A stretch of 64,000 nucleotides of DNA from the human T2T-CHM13v2.0 reference genome, Homo sapiens. The stretch lies in the NCBI RefSeq assembly GCF_009914755.1, contig NC_060939.1; one strand, 5' to 3'. Shown one piece after another: positions 1-25,032 of the stretch. The position numbers and the translations under genes are program-made. The notes beneath the pieces were generated by a model, which saw nothing but the letters and a program-made list of their open reading frames with translations, ran no database searches and was not told the DNA's origin. Every line of letters begins with the position of its first letter. Position 1 is the first letter of the stretch.

Positions 1-1002
<1,002 letters not shown>

Positions 1003-1049
1003 TAACTGCCTTAAAATGATGATTGTTCAGAAAGTCAGTTTAATTTAGA

Positions 1050-2330
1050 TACTAAGGATATTGAGGTTATGTAACATTTGAGCAAGTTCTAAAAAAAAAG
1101 AGAAATAGTATATCTAATTGCTAATAAAGTATTGTCAACTCACAAATATATTCACATAGCATACATTTCAAGAGCAGAATAACCATGAATATAAAAGGAA
1201 TTAGCAAAAACGAAACAAAAAAGACATGAAGAAATAAAAACAGATGGAACAAATAGCACAAAATACGATGAAAGTTATAAAAGAAACTATGCCAACAATC
1301 ACAATAAATGTAAATAGACTGAATAATTAAGAGAAAATGACTATAAAACAGAATTAGGGCACGCGTGGTGGCTCATGCCTGTAATCCCAGCACTTTGGGA
1401 GGATGAGGCAGGCGGAGGGATCACAAGGTCAGGAGTTCGAGAGCAGCCTGACCAACATGGTGAAACCCCATCTCTGCTAATACAAAAATTAGCCGGCGTG
1501 GTGGTGAACATCTGTAATCCCAGTTACTCAGGAGGCTGAGGCAGGAGAATCGCTTGAATCCAGGAGGCAGAGATTGCAGTGCCGAGATCACACCATTACA
1601 CTCCAGCCTGGGCAACAGAGCAAGACTCCGTATCAAAAAAAAAACACACACAAAAAAACACAAAAAACAGAAAATAAACAGTATGAAAAGACATCTAAAA
1701 CATAAAGTCACAGAAAGACTGAGAGAGATTGAAAAAAGATACACCTGTCATATGTACCTAACCCAAAGAAGGGTTGGAAGCTATATTATTATCAGATAAA
1801 ATAGGCTTTGGGCAAAAAGCAATATGGGAGATTTTTTAAGGCCACAATATAATGATAAAAATTCTAATAAACCAAGGGAGAAGGTAATCTAAAATGTTAA
1901 TGTATCTAATAACTAGCACTCAAAATACATGAAAGCAAAATATGACAAAATTGCAACCCTCAGAGGGCAATTTAAATACATATCTCAGTGTCTGATAAAA
2001 GAGACAAAAAACAATCAGCATAGACATAGAAGATTTACATCTCTCTAGAAAATTAACAAGCTTGACTTAATGTACAGAAAAAACATATCTCTCCAAAGTG
2101 ACAGCATTCACCCCCCCAAGTACATATGTACTGAGCCATAAGGAAAATCTCAACAAATTCCAAAGAAGCGGAATCATGCACCCATCTTTCTCTCTAACCA
2201 TAATCTCATTAAACTAAAAACAATAATAAAAAGATAAAGTAAAAAGCCAGAAAGGCAGATGCTAAATGAGAAAGTGACAGAAAAGTTACAGATTTTGTTA
2301 AGCATACAAAGCTTCTATGGGGTAAAGCAG
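1050..2330 (+). mobile_element. Old L1 fragment interrupted by an AluS (1357-~1675)
   Basis: A-rich strand with degenerate L1 ORF2 N-terminal-like phrases (acaataaatgtaaatagactgaat; aggaaaatctcaacaaattc). Confidence 0.6.
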
Positions 2331-3235
2331 TCAAAGGGATATGCAAATTTACACAGAAATCCAACCGATATAAATCCTTGAAAGATACTACATACAGATA
2401 TTTCATCAGTTCTCACATGCCAAACCCAGCAAAGCCAAACTTTGGAGCCTCCCCTGCGAGCAGACCTGCCACAGGAGGAGAGGCAGCACAAACCTCCCTT
2501 TGCAGTGAAAATGCCACATTGTGTGTGCTTCTTACCCCATCACCTCTTTGGAAGTGGCCCCACTCAGCGCTAGCTGAGAATCGCTTCCCTCATACCACTC
2601 TCAGTAGTTCACCCCAAGACACACGGGACAACTCTGTACCTGGTAAGTCATTGTGAATCCAATTAATAATGGCATTCAGAAAGTTAGGAATCTTTGAATT
2701 ATTAGATTCATAGTGATATTCAAAAGAAAGAAAACGACATCGTTTCTGTTCCACGCATGTTGCCCACATTCACTGCGTAAAAGGCAAAGGGAACTGTGAG
2801 TACCCACAAAGAACCTGATATTGACGGCACATACATTTCTTCATTAGGAAGAATAAATTTAGACTGTAACAATTTAAAAAACCAGAAAATACAACTGTAC
2901 ATTTTAGTTCTTATTAAAATCCAAGAGGTTTAACTTATTTGCTCCTTGTTTAGGTAATTAGTGTCTAAAACATTTCAAAGATAACATATATAGTGGCTAC
3001 GATTTCTAGTACTTTTTAAAAATTCAAGCCCAGTCTCTTCTAATTAAATGTATAAATGATTTATCTCTGTCTTTCTTAAAAAGAACCAAGAGCCCCAATT
3101 AAAAAGTAAAACTTAAATTTCCTCTTAAAAAATTGTTACGTCAAAATTATCTAATAAACCATAGTTCAGAAAATAATTTCTGAATTAAGAAAATATGAAT
3201 AATAAAACCAACAGTTTATGTGCTGAATTTCACAT

Positions 3236-3460
3236 TTTTATTTTTTATTATTTTTAAAATTTTGTTTTAAGTTCTAGGGTACATGTGCAGGAGTGTTACG
3301 TAGGGAAACGTGTGCCATGGTGGTTTGGTCCACCTATCAACTCATCACCTCAGTGTTAAGCCCAGCACGCATTAGCTATTTTTCCTGATGCTCCTCCCCC
3401 ACCCGCCCTGACAGGCCCCAGTATGTGTTGTTTCCCTTCCTGTGTCCATGTGTTCTCACT
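3236..3460 (-). mobile_element. L1PA 3' end
   Basis: tttaagttctagggtacatgtgcagg...gtgtgccatggtggtttg...ccctgacaggccccagt is the antisense L1PA terminus. Confidence 0.8.
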
Positions 3461-3528
3461 GAACCTCACATTTTTAAATACAGCATATGCCAGGTGTCAT
3501 TTCAGTACCCATAATTATACATAGTATA

Positions 3529-3965
3529 TGTATATGTGTAAATATATGTATATGTGTACATATATGTATGTAATATGTGTATGTAAATATTATGTAAATA
3601 TGTATGTATGTAAATATATATGTAAATATGTATGTGAATGTATGTAAATATATACACATGTAAATATGTATGTAAAAATATGTACGCAAATATATGTATG
3701 TAAATATATGTATATATAAATGTAAAATATGTAAATATTTGTAAATGTAAAATATGTAAATGTAAAATAAATGTAGAATGTCAAATGTAAATGTAAAATG
3801 TAAAATAAATGTAAAATGTAAATGTAAAATATGTAAATATATGTATATGTGTAAATATATATGTGTAAATATATATGTATATGTGTAAATATATATGTGT
3901 AAATATATATGTATATGTGTAATATATATGTATATGTGTAAATATATATGTATATATAACAGAGC
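3529..3965. repeat. AT-rich complex microsatellite (TATG/TGTAAA) between 51-bp direct repeats
   Basis: Seen directly; the flanking repeats 3478-3528 and 3966-4016 are identical. Confidence 0.95.
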
Positions 3966-4694
3966 ATACAGCATATGCCAGGTGTCATTTCAGTACCCAT
4001 AATTATACATAGTATAATTATACATAGTATAATTAGACTACTATGTTAGCTAAAAAATGTTGATTAGATACAAATGTATAAATTTATCTTCTCTAAACGT
4101 GGAAATTCTCTAGAGGCTATTTCCAGCTTCTGTGTGGATTGTAGAGCAGGCTGCTACCTGTACCCCAAAAATGAACACCTTAAAAAAAAGACAACTTTCT
4201 CAGCCTCCCTATTGCACACACATATGAAAAATATGTTAAATTCAACGCCAAATATTCCTGAGATCAACACAGCAGTGATCCCAAAGAGAAAATTTCTCTT
4301 TGCTAATGGGCACAAACTTGAAGGGCAAAGCAGTGGAAGGGTAAGTCTGCAGACTCGCGTGGGGCTCAAGTCAGAATCACGTGGAAGATCATTGCCACAT
4401 GTTTTTGTTTTTTTAAATAGCAAACACCACCAAGTGGAGCCCGCCGGGTTTAGTAGATATTAAACCTCTAAGGAGTGGCACATCCGAGACTGAAATTCCC
4501 ATCTTTTGATTCCCAGCTCAAGGTCTCTGAAATGCCAGCACCAGCTGTGAAATTGTTCTTCTGCATTTTCATGGAGACCTTTTCTTCTATACTGCCATAC
4601 TCTTTTTTTTGGAACAGTTATACCTGATCTTCCTATTTTTGTGTGTGTTCCACCGAAACTTTTTCACTCTAAATACTTCCCTCTTTCCAACTGA

Positions 4695-4877
<183 letters not shown>

Positions 4878-5981
4878 TGAGTAGCTGAGACTATAGGTGT
4901 GTGCCACCACGCCTGGCTAATATGTGTATTTTTTGTAGAGATGAGTTTTTGCCATGTTGCCCAGGCTGGTATTGAACTCCTGGCTTAAGTGATCCTCCTG
5001 CCTAGGCTTCCCAAAGTGCTGGAAGGAATTACAGGTATGAGCCACCGTGCCTGGCCTCACCATTGTTAAAATTATGGAAATCGTGTTTGCAAAGCAGGTT
5101 GGCCTGTTTGGAAAAGGGTGTCATAATTTCTCAGGTAACTCCAAAAAGAGAAAGCTACGAAAATTACCTTAATACATTCATTACAGTCTCAGTATAAGAT
5201 TATAGCTTCCTCTCCCAAAGCGTAACCACAACCTGACGCAGGATGAGTTGGTTTGAAAATACCGCATACAATATCCTCTTGAGTAGAATCATAATTTAGA
5301 ACTCTAAAAATGACCGGAAACAAAACTGTCCAAGTTTGTTTAACGTAATGTGTTTCAACTTATTTGACTAGAAAACCCTTCATTCGTGCAACACTTATAA
5401 ATATCCCATGGCAAATCTAGTTTTCTATGAATAATGAACGAAACATTTATAATTTAAAACTAAAATTGTCTTCTAAGCAGAGATCTACGTATCAATAAAA
5501 TGAAGAAATAAAATTTCCATACTGTTTTCTTCCCAATACAAGGATTAGAAGGAAAGGGAAAAGAGTAACAGCGAGAATCAATAGCCCATGTCTGGCCAGG
5601 CTCCATGGCTCAATCACACCTGTAATCCCAGCAATTTCAGAAGCTGAGGCGGGAGGATCACTGGCCTTTAGTGATCCTTGAATGAAACTCCATCTCTAAA
5701 AAATTAAAAATATTAGCTTAGAGAATCATTTGGGCCCAGGAGTTTGAGGCTGTATTGAACTATGACTATGCTACTGCATTCCAGCCTGGGCAACAGGCTG
5801 CTTAAACCTGGAGGGGCAGAGCTTGCAGTGAGCCGAGATCACGCCACTGCACTCCAGCCTGGGCAAAGGAGCCAGACTCCGTGGCAAAAAAAAAAAAAAA
5901 AAAAGAGATTCTATTCACAATAGCAACAAAACCCTGAGAATATATCTAGCAAAGTATACACAGGCCTTTCATGAAGAGTAT

Positions 5982-6371
5982 TGCCATAGCCTGAATGTGT
6001 CTCCCAAAATTCATGTATTAAAACTTAATTCCCAAGATGATAGTACTAAGAAGTGGGGCCTTTAAGAAGTGATTAAGACATAAGGGTGAGCCCTCATGCA
6101 TGAGATTAGTGCCTTCCTTATAAAAGGGCTTGTGGGTGGTGGTAAATCTGTCCCTTCTGCCTCATGAGAACATAGCATTTGCCTGCTCCAGAGGAAGCAG
6201 CATTCAACGTACCATCTTGGAAGCAGAGACCAGGCCCTCACTAGACACTGTGTCTGCTGGAGTCTTGATCTTGTTCTTCCCAACCTCCAGAACTGAGAAA
6301 ATAAACTTCTGCTCTGTGTAAATTACCCAGTCTCAGGTGTTTTGTTATGGCACTATGAAGGGACTAAGACA
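5982..6371 (+). mobile_element. MaLR LTR (MLT1A/MST-like) inserted in an L1 fragment
   Basis: tgccatagcctgaatgtgtctcccaaaattcatgt...aattacccagtctcagg...ggactaagaca; L1 ORF2-like sequence on both sides. Confidence 0.75.
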
Positions 6372-6763
6372 AATATAAAAATTACCCAGGGACTTAAAGG
6401 GAGAACTGACTAAACTGAAATATATGCCATATATATTATGAATCGTAGGACTCAATGCTATAAACATACTACTTCTCAACAAATTAATCTATAAATTCAA
6501 GAAATTCCTACACAAATCCCAATAGAATTTTTTTGTGGAACTCGAGAGGCTGATCCTAAAATTCATACAGTCACTTGAGGGGCCAAGAATAGTGTAACAG
6601 GGCTGGCGGGGCTGGTGGCTCACACCTGTAGTCCCAGTACTTTGGGAAGTCAAGACTGGAGGATGGTTTGAACCCAGGAGTTCAAGACCAGCCTAGGCAA
6701 CATAGCAAGATGTTGTCTCAAAATATTAAAAATAAATAAATAAATAAATAAAAAGAAGGTTAA

Positions 6764-6979
<216 letters not shown>

Positions 6980-8129
6980 TAGAGACGGGGTTTTTCCATG
7001 TTGCCCAGGTTGTTCTCAAACTCATCCACCTGCCTTGGCCTCCGCAAGTGAGATCACAGACATGGGCCACTGTGCCCGGTCTAGTGCGCTTTTTTTTTTT
7101 TTTTTTTAACCAAACAAACGATGAAGTCTCAGGAGTAAAAGTTGATACACAAGTAAATTTTATTGGTAATGTTTTTGTGTGGTCTTTAAGCAGAGGGAAA
7201 ATTAGTCTGCATTATGGTGTATCCAGACTAAATAACTGATATTAAAATGAAATTATCCTTAGGATTTGCAATCTTAGAGAAAACTTTTTCATTTTTTTTG
7301 AGTTACAAATTATCTTCACTTACATTTGAGAACAGTGAGTCACAGAGGGATTAAGTATCTTACTCAAGATCTTGCAAGTGTTTGGTTTGAACCCAATCTT
7401 TTCACTCTGCAGAACTCAGAGTCACTCTTATTTGGAAACTTTTTAACTGATGTGGATCCTCTAATATGGGCTTCCTATTATTCATTCCGTATTAGTCAGA
7501 AGTTTTGCAAGCAGGCAGAATTCATTTTGCCAATTACGGGATTTTCCCTCAGTTGCAGTCAAGGTTCATAAAACTATAACTATAAATTTTGTTTTTGAGA
7601 CAAAGTCTTGCTCTGTTGCTCAGACTGGGATCCAGTGGCACAGTAACAGCCCATTGCAGCTTTGAACTCCTGGGCTCAAGGGATCCTCCGCCTCAGCCTC
7701 CCAAGTATCTGGGACTACAAGTGCATGCCATCATCCCTGGCTAATTTTGTTTAAAAAAAAAAATTGTAGAGATAGGGTCTTGCTTCGTTGCCCAGGCTGG
7801 TCTCAAACTCCTGGCCTCAAGCAAGCCTTCAGCCTTGGTCTCCCAAAGTGCTGAGATTACAGGTGTCAGCCATTGCACCTGGCCAAAACTGTAACTATAT
7901 ATACACACACACATAACTACATATATATGTGTGTGTGTATGTATGTGTGTGTGTATATATATTTTTATATATAAATAGATATATCTGAAAGGCATCAAAA
8001 GAAAAAAGCTGTAACTTTTAGTCTTGATCTTGATAGTGACTTGATTAGGCTATCTGTTTAACATCAAAGATGCAAATTAATGCTTTCTTTGGGTGTGCAT
8101 ATTAAAAATGCAGAAAATATTGGAGTAGT

Positions 8130-8430
8130 TTTTTATGTTAAATAAATTGTATTCTGTGTATTTAAGGTATACAACATGATTTTGTGGGATGCATATAGAT
8201 GGTTAAAAAAATTACTACAGTGAAGCAAATTAACGTATCCTTCAACTCAGATAGTTACCCGTTTTCTTTTTGTTTGGTGGCAAGAGGAGCTTAAAATCTC
8301 ATTTAGCGTGAATCCCAATACAGCACAATTTTATTACCTATATTTCTCGCGTTGTACATTATATTTCTAGGCTTGTTCATCCTACATATCTGCTACTGTG
8401 TAACCTCTGAGCTATGTCCACCCATTTTCT
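8130..8430 (-). mobile_element. L1MA 3' fragment
   Basis: tttaaggtatacaacatgatttt...attactacagtgaagcaaattaac, antisense L1MA 3' end. Confidence 0.6.
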
Positions 8431-8619
8431 CTCTTGCCCCCCAAGTAATTTCCTAAAGTGTCTCATATAAAAAGGCAGTAGCTTTCAGCTTAAACTTTTT
8501 CTCTGTATATATTTAAGTCAATTTCTTTGAGGTATGTTTTTCTCTCCAGAATAGTTAGATGTAGGCATACCACTTTAATGTTGACACTAGTTCACCTAGA
8601 ACTTATCTTCTGCAAATCT

Positions 8620-8740
8620 GTCTCTATGTCCATCTCTGTCTCCATCTTTGTCTCTATCTTTATCTCTGTCTATCTATCTATCCATCCATCCATCCATCCA
8701 TCCATCTATCTATCTATCCATCTATCTGTCTATCTAACTA
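8620..8740. repeat. (TCTA)n/(TCCA)n tetranucleotide repeat
   Basis: Seen directly. Confidence 0.9.
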
Positions 8741-9392
8741 AAGCAAATTCATGCCCTTCTCCTATTTATGGAATCGAGACCATAAACAGAGGTGAGGGAA
8801 AGAATTTGGCAGGAATTGCGATGTGTATTACCTGTGGCATAAGGAAACTTTACAGAACTAGGGTCAAAAGTATACTTTCTAGTTCTTTCCCATGGCTTTT
8901 CACTTTGATGTAGTCCTTATCAGGCAACTGAGGTTTTATATAAGTCCCCTGATTCTTAGAACATGAAGGTGTAGTATTCAAGTTTGGTCCCTTGAAAGCA
9001 CAATTTTTGTTAAAAAAATTTAAGAAAATTGTATGATTTCCTCAGCAAATACATATTGATCATCTGTTATACAGCCATGAGAAGTGGTTCTGTTGAACAC
9101 GTTTATTTTATCAGATCCCAATTCTAAACCAGGCATAGAATGGAAACCATGAAGGTAGGATGAAATAACTTCTGAATGTTTGAAAATAGTGTACTTAAAA
9201 ATAAATATCAGGTGTTTTTGTTTTGTTTTTTGTTTTTTGTTTTTGAGACAGGGTCTCACTCTGTCACCCAGGCTGGAGTGTGATGGTGCCATCTCACCTC
9301 ATTGCAGCCTTGACCTCCCAGGCTCGGGTGATCTCCCACCTCAGCCTCCCAAGTAGCTGGGACTACAGGCACATGCCACCATGCCCAGCTAA

Positions 9393-9542
<150 letters not shown>

Positions 9543-10076
9543 TAAGTATCAGCACTGCCTCTTCAATCTTTTCTATTACTATGTTGTGCTCAGTGGTATT
9601 TTTTATTGAATTAGAGCAGTGCTGTTCAATGGAACCTTCTTTGAGGATGGAAATCTTTTATGTCTCTGCTGTGTGGGTATGGTATTAGCTGGGTATGGGG
9701 CACCTGCCTATAGTCCCAGCTACTCAAGAGGCTGAGGTGGGAGGATCACTTGAGCCCAGGAGGCCGAGTCTGCAGGTTCGTACCACTGCAATTCAGCCTG
9801 TGTGACAGAATGAGACTCAGTCGCAGAATAAAATGAAATAAGGAAATAAAAATGTAATTGTTGAAATAAGAAACTAGTGGATGGATTAGACACGAGAAGA
9901 AAGAATTAATTGTTTAGGCGATTCTCTCCAAAAAGTAAGTCAGCATGTCACACAGAGAGACATGAGGATAGATGATAGGGCAGAAGTTGGTGGGCTTGGA
10001 GGGGAGAGGAAGATCAGAATGAGGTCCAAAATGTGTCTTAGTGAAATCCCAGGAGGAGATATTAAAATTATATTAG

Positions 10077-10286
<210 letters not shown>

Positions 10287-10849
10287 TAGTAGAGATGTGG
10301 TTTCACCTTTTTAGTCAGGATGGTCTCAATCTCCTGACCTCATGATCCACCAGCCTCAGGCTCCTAAAGTGCTGGAATTATACGCATAAGCCACTGCACC
10401 CGGCCCAAAAGCTTTGTGTTTTTACAAATATTACACATGTTTCTTGTTTAAGAAAAAAAGTCTTCACAATAACGTAGGAGAATAAGAGAAACATTTTTCC
10501 AAAAAAGAGAAGTCATTGTGATTATTTTATCTTATTGGAATGTTGGATAATACAGTCTGCTTCAGTAATCATCAAGCATGCTATGGATTTTCCATTTTCA
10601 TAGGATCTGTATCTCGGTTAAGGTAATACTGGTAATTTTTGTACTCTATGAAAAATATAGGCCAAAATCATAGACCTTGCATAGAAGCTGGATCATGAAG
10701 ACAGCTCTGGAGGAACACACAGGTACACACACACAGACACACATATATATAAAGTATACACATATATATTTTTTAAAAGCTTTTAAAGCAAAAGCCGGCC
10801 CTGCCCCTCTCCCAGAGTTGGCGGCCTCTCCCCTCTCTTAGAGTGGGTG

Positions 10850-11087
10850 GGGACAGTGGTTGCATGGGCAGCTTTCCTTGTGAGCCAAAGGTCCCTCTGG
10901 ACACATGATGCCTGGCCACGCCCCCTTTCCCTTTCATCTTTCTCATTAACCAATGGGCTTGGAGCATTAAGGCCACACCCCTATTCTGCCTTCTACTGCA
11001 TCCCTGGTTACGCCTCCTCTGGCTCAGTCGCACAGCTACCTGGTAGGTGACTGGAGGTGTTGATCAGTGCTTGGTGGGATTTTGCTG
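10850..11087 (+). promoter_or_regulatory. Putative GOLGA8 proximal promoter
   Basis: Immediately 5' of exon 1: X-box-like GTTGCATGGGCAGC (10859-10872), SP/KLF GCCACGCCCC (10915-10924), CCAAT (10950-10954), KLF GGCCACACCC (10971-10980), second X-box-like GCATCCCTGGTTAC (10998-11011). Motif inspection only. Confidence 0.55.
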
Positions 11088-11123
11088 ATGTGGCCCCAAG
11101 CCCGCCTCCCTCCCCACCCTGCG

Positions 11124-21436
<10,313 letters not shown>

Positions 21437-21459
21437 ACATCACCATCATCAAAGAGCTG

Positions 21460-24400
21460 TTCAAGAAATTTTTAAATAAGAAACCAAGTTATGGGGTTAA
21501 TCTCCTACACAATTCATTTACTTCCTTTGAATGTTAGAGTCACTCATGATTATTTGTGTTTCTAATTTATAGTTTTAAGTTTATTTGTAAAAAGTTAAAA
21601 GAGAGTGGGTGTCTGTGGCTCTCACTGATGTTCACTCTGGCATCCTTTAGCATTTTTCTTTTTTAATTTCATAATTGTAGGTCATTAGCATGCATATCGA
21701 GTTTGCCCTTACGTGGTGGGGGTTCAAACACACAAAGACCCACTCTTTGCCCAAAACTGTTCTCGCTGGTTTGGAATAGGCTGCCATGCTTTTTTAATGT
21801 TATTGCAGCATGTATATTCACTACAGAATTCAGACAAAATTTGCCTATGTTCTGCTGTTGTTTGATCTAATCTTAATCACAGTGAGCTCTTCGTTAGCTC
21901 AATATGTAGTTTGCCCCCAAGCGTGCACTGTTTATTACTTTGTAATATGCCACTATGAGTACTGACATTTAGAGTTGTTTAAAGGCCAAGAACTGGAAAC
22001 AGCCTTTCCTCCATTTTCTGTGTATTGGTGATGGGAGTGAAACCTTTTGAGGGAGCTTTTTAAATCTCACAGAAGAGGAAAGTGGCCTCCTCTGGCAGGT
22101 ATGTCCAGGATAGAGTGTGTTTCATCTGTTCCGGTGCCAGGAATTAGCAGTGTATTATGGTGGTTCCCTTAGGATTTGTATGTGCTCTGGGCTCATGAAG
22201 ATACTGCATCATGAGCTGCAGCAGTTGTACTCTTTTTCAATGACCTAAAAAGGGCTTATTTCTGAGGAATGAAAGGTTCCCATCGTTGACTGTGGATGTG
22301 GAAAACCTTTCCTAGCTTAGAGCATTTGTATCTACAATACATTTTAAAGTCAGAGTTCATGTTACCTGTTTTAATCACATGACTACATGTCCCAGTACAC
22401 AAAAGGGCACTGGTTGGCATTCTTCTTAATGTATTTAGTAAAGATCATAAGAAATCCTTTACGAGTTCAAATGTCCCTGGAACAGGCATACAGGCTCTAG
22501 TCAAGAATGAATTAGAGTGAAGGAAAGCTGTGTGACACCTGGCATTCCTCTCTGTTCACGGAGATTCTTTGAGGCTTGAAGATTGATTTTACCATCTAGA
22601 CCTCTTTGGCTAATACCTATTCTTCAACCACCTTGGTTACTCTGACATAGGAATTTACTTCTTTTTCCTTGAATGGAAAACACTTTAAAAAATAATAGAA
22701 ACATTATTATAAACTAATATATGTGAGATACTTAGTTGAAACAAAAGGGAGTTTTAGTAGACGGTATTATACTATCTTTGAAAATCAAGGAGAAGTTTAT
22801 GAAACTTAAAATGTGTACAAACTGCAGTGCAATCTACTGTTCGTGAATGTCAATGTATTATCAGGAAACGTGCCTATACAATCACAGAGTTATATTTTCT
22901 CACAGACTTCTTTACAAAGTGAAATATGTTTTTGTATCTCTGGGTTTCTGTTCGGGACATATTTTGTGCAATATTTATGTGATTGTGCCTATGCATGATG
23001 AATGAATGCATTTCAGTTATGTATTGCCTAAATCGTAACTTGATGATGCTTGGGAAAGACTCAACAGTTAAAACTTCATGAAGTTCTAATGTCTGTGTTC
23101 CAAAACACATCACATTGTTAGGATGCAGGGAGATAGGTGTGTGTGCTCCCTGCGGTGGGGATTTCTAGTTACTAGATCATCTCCATTTTTAGCATTTGGC
23201 ATCCTCATGATACTTCTATAAATATGACATTAACAGGAGAGCAACAATACGATTTTACCGATGGAATAACAGATTTGCTGGCATTCACTGAAAGAGTGCA
23301 AATATTCGGTCCTTGTGACTTCAACTGACTCTTCCAAATTTTATGAATGTATCAATGTATTAGATAAACCCAGTTTCAGAATGATAAAGAAAAAATGTTA
23401 GACCAAATAATGCGGCTAATTAACAGTGGTACGATTTCTAGCCCGTGGGTTTAAAATGCACTTAAAGTCCTGTTCTCGCCTTTTATTTTCTGAACTTGCC
23501 GCTTTTGCATTCTTTGAGTTCAGTTTAAAGACGGTTACTTTAAGAGCATTTTAAACCCTCGGGCTAGAAATCGGACCACTGTTAATCAGCCACATTATTT
23601 GGTCTAACGTTTTTTCTTTTATCATTCTGAAACTGGGTTTATCTAATACATTGATAAATTATTTCAAAGGTACTTTTATCGTTGAAATCACTTCACTTTT
23701 ACCCTGATAAATATCAGTGACTAGGAATGACCTTCGGATAGCGTTTAGCATCTGTAACCAATCTGACAATAATGTGTTCATGAGGTGCCTATGGATTAAA
23801 TCACACACTGGCATATTTAAGCTGAAGGTCAGTCTGGAAAATAAATTTACTATATTGACTGAAATACCACTCTTTGTGTAGGTATTTGTCATATATTTAA
23901 GAAAAAGCTAAAAGGAATGGAAATTGTATGACAATAACTTAAGTCTTTCTCCAAAGTGCATGCAGTCTTTTGCGATACCTCATTCAGCCGAGTATTTGTG
24001 CTCTTCCTCATTCGGTATAAGGCAGCTTTCAGTTTGCTTAGAAGGCAACATTGGAATGTTAGAGTTCATCAGAAACATAGAATTTTAAAATGTGAGTTCC
24101 ACTGAATACATTTTAATTTCTGTAGGAAGAATCAAAACACCTATTTAAAGATGGCAATATATAATAATCATTTTAAAAGTATTTGATTAAACCTGATAAT
24201 TTTCCAGAAATGAAAAAAAAATCAGCTCTAAAACGAAAGCTGATTTTAGAAAATTTGAAAATGTAAATCAGCCCTATCCATAATATAGTTTCTCTAAAAC
24301 TTTATCTTAGAGTCATTTTAAAATAATATAACTATTAAAAATGTAACTGCTATCTTAATGTTCTGAAATAAGTTAAAACATTTTAAAATATGAATACTAT

Positions 24401-25032
24401 AGTATAAAAGAAAGAAACAGTGGGAAGGAAAAGCAGAGAAAGAAATGCCAATTCCAGTCCAAAGCTTTATTTGCCAAGTTTTGTTAGAATGAATTTTACC
24501 AGTTTGTGAATTCTTGTAAACAGAATGTGTAATGGAAATACTGAAAGATTTTTCCCTAGAGTGGCCTTATTGACTGCTGGTGTGATGCCACTGTAATGTA
24601 ATAAATCATTAAATTGTTTCTAAGTGTTGTTTTTGCCTTAAAATTTTATTTTGTGTTTCTTGAAAACTATAGTATTAAAGGTATTGATACTGTGCAAATG
24701 CTGGGCATGCTTGACATGAGATAATGTGTTTCATTTTTACAAAATTGTAATACAACTATGCAAGTGTTTATTAAAAACACAAAATAAAAAAGTTATGGGT
24801 TTTTTTATTAAAAAACTTTTATTAAAGTTTTATAAAAAGTTATTTTATTAAATAACTTTTTATTAAAAATGGTTATGGGGTGAAAAAGTTATGGGATAAA
24901 AAATGTAAAAAAGTTGTGGCAAAAAAACTTCTGGGAAAAAAGTAGAAAAAAGTTTTATGAAAAGTTACAAAAAAAGTTATGAAAAAGAAGTTATGGGATT
25001 TTTTTAAAAAGTCATGGAATAAAAATAAAAAT
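21460..25032 (+). other. Retroposed AT-rich insert forming the long GOLGA8 3' UTR (probably the ITSN2-UTR-derived chr15 core element)
   Basis: Abrupt AT-rich, repeat-free 3.3 kb with poly(A) signals at 24600, 24770 and 24783, then a degenerate A-rich tail 24781-25032. GOLGA2-like 3' UTR resumes afterwards. The ITSN2 origin is recalled from published chr15 duplication analyses and not verifiable here. Confidence 0.7.

Noticed and set aside
3474-4000. 166 aa and 136 aa Y/I/H-rich ORFs
   Set aside because: Products of the AT-rich microsatellite; the shared [11 protein letters not shown] comes from the 51-bp repeat.
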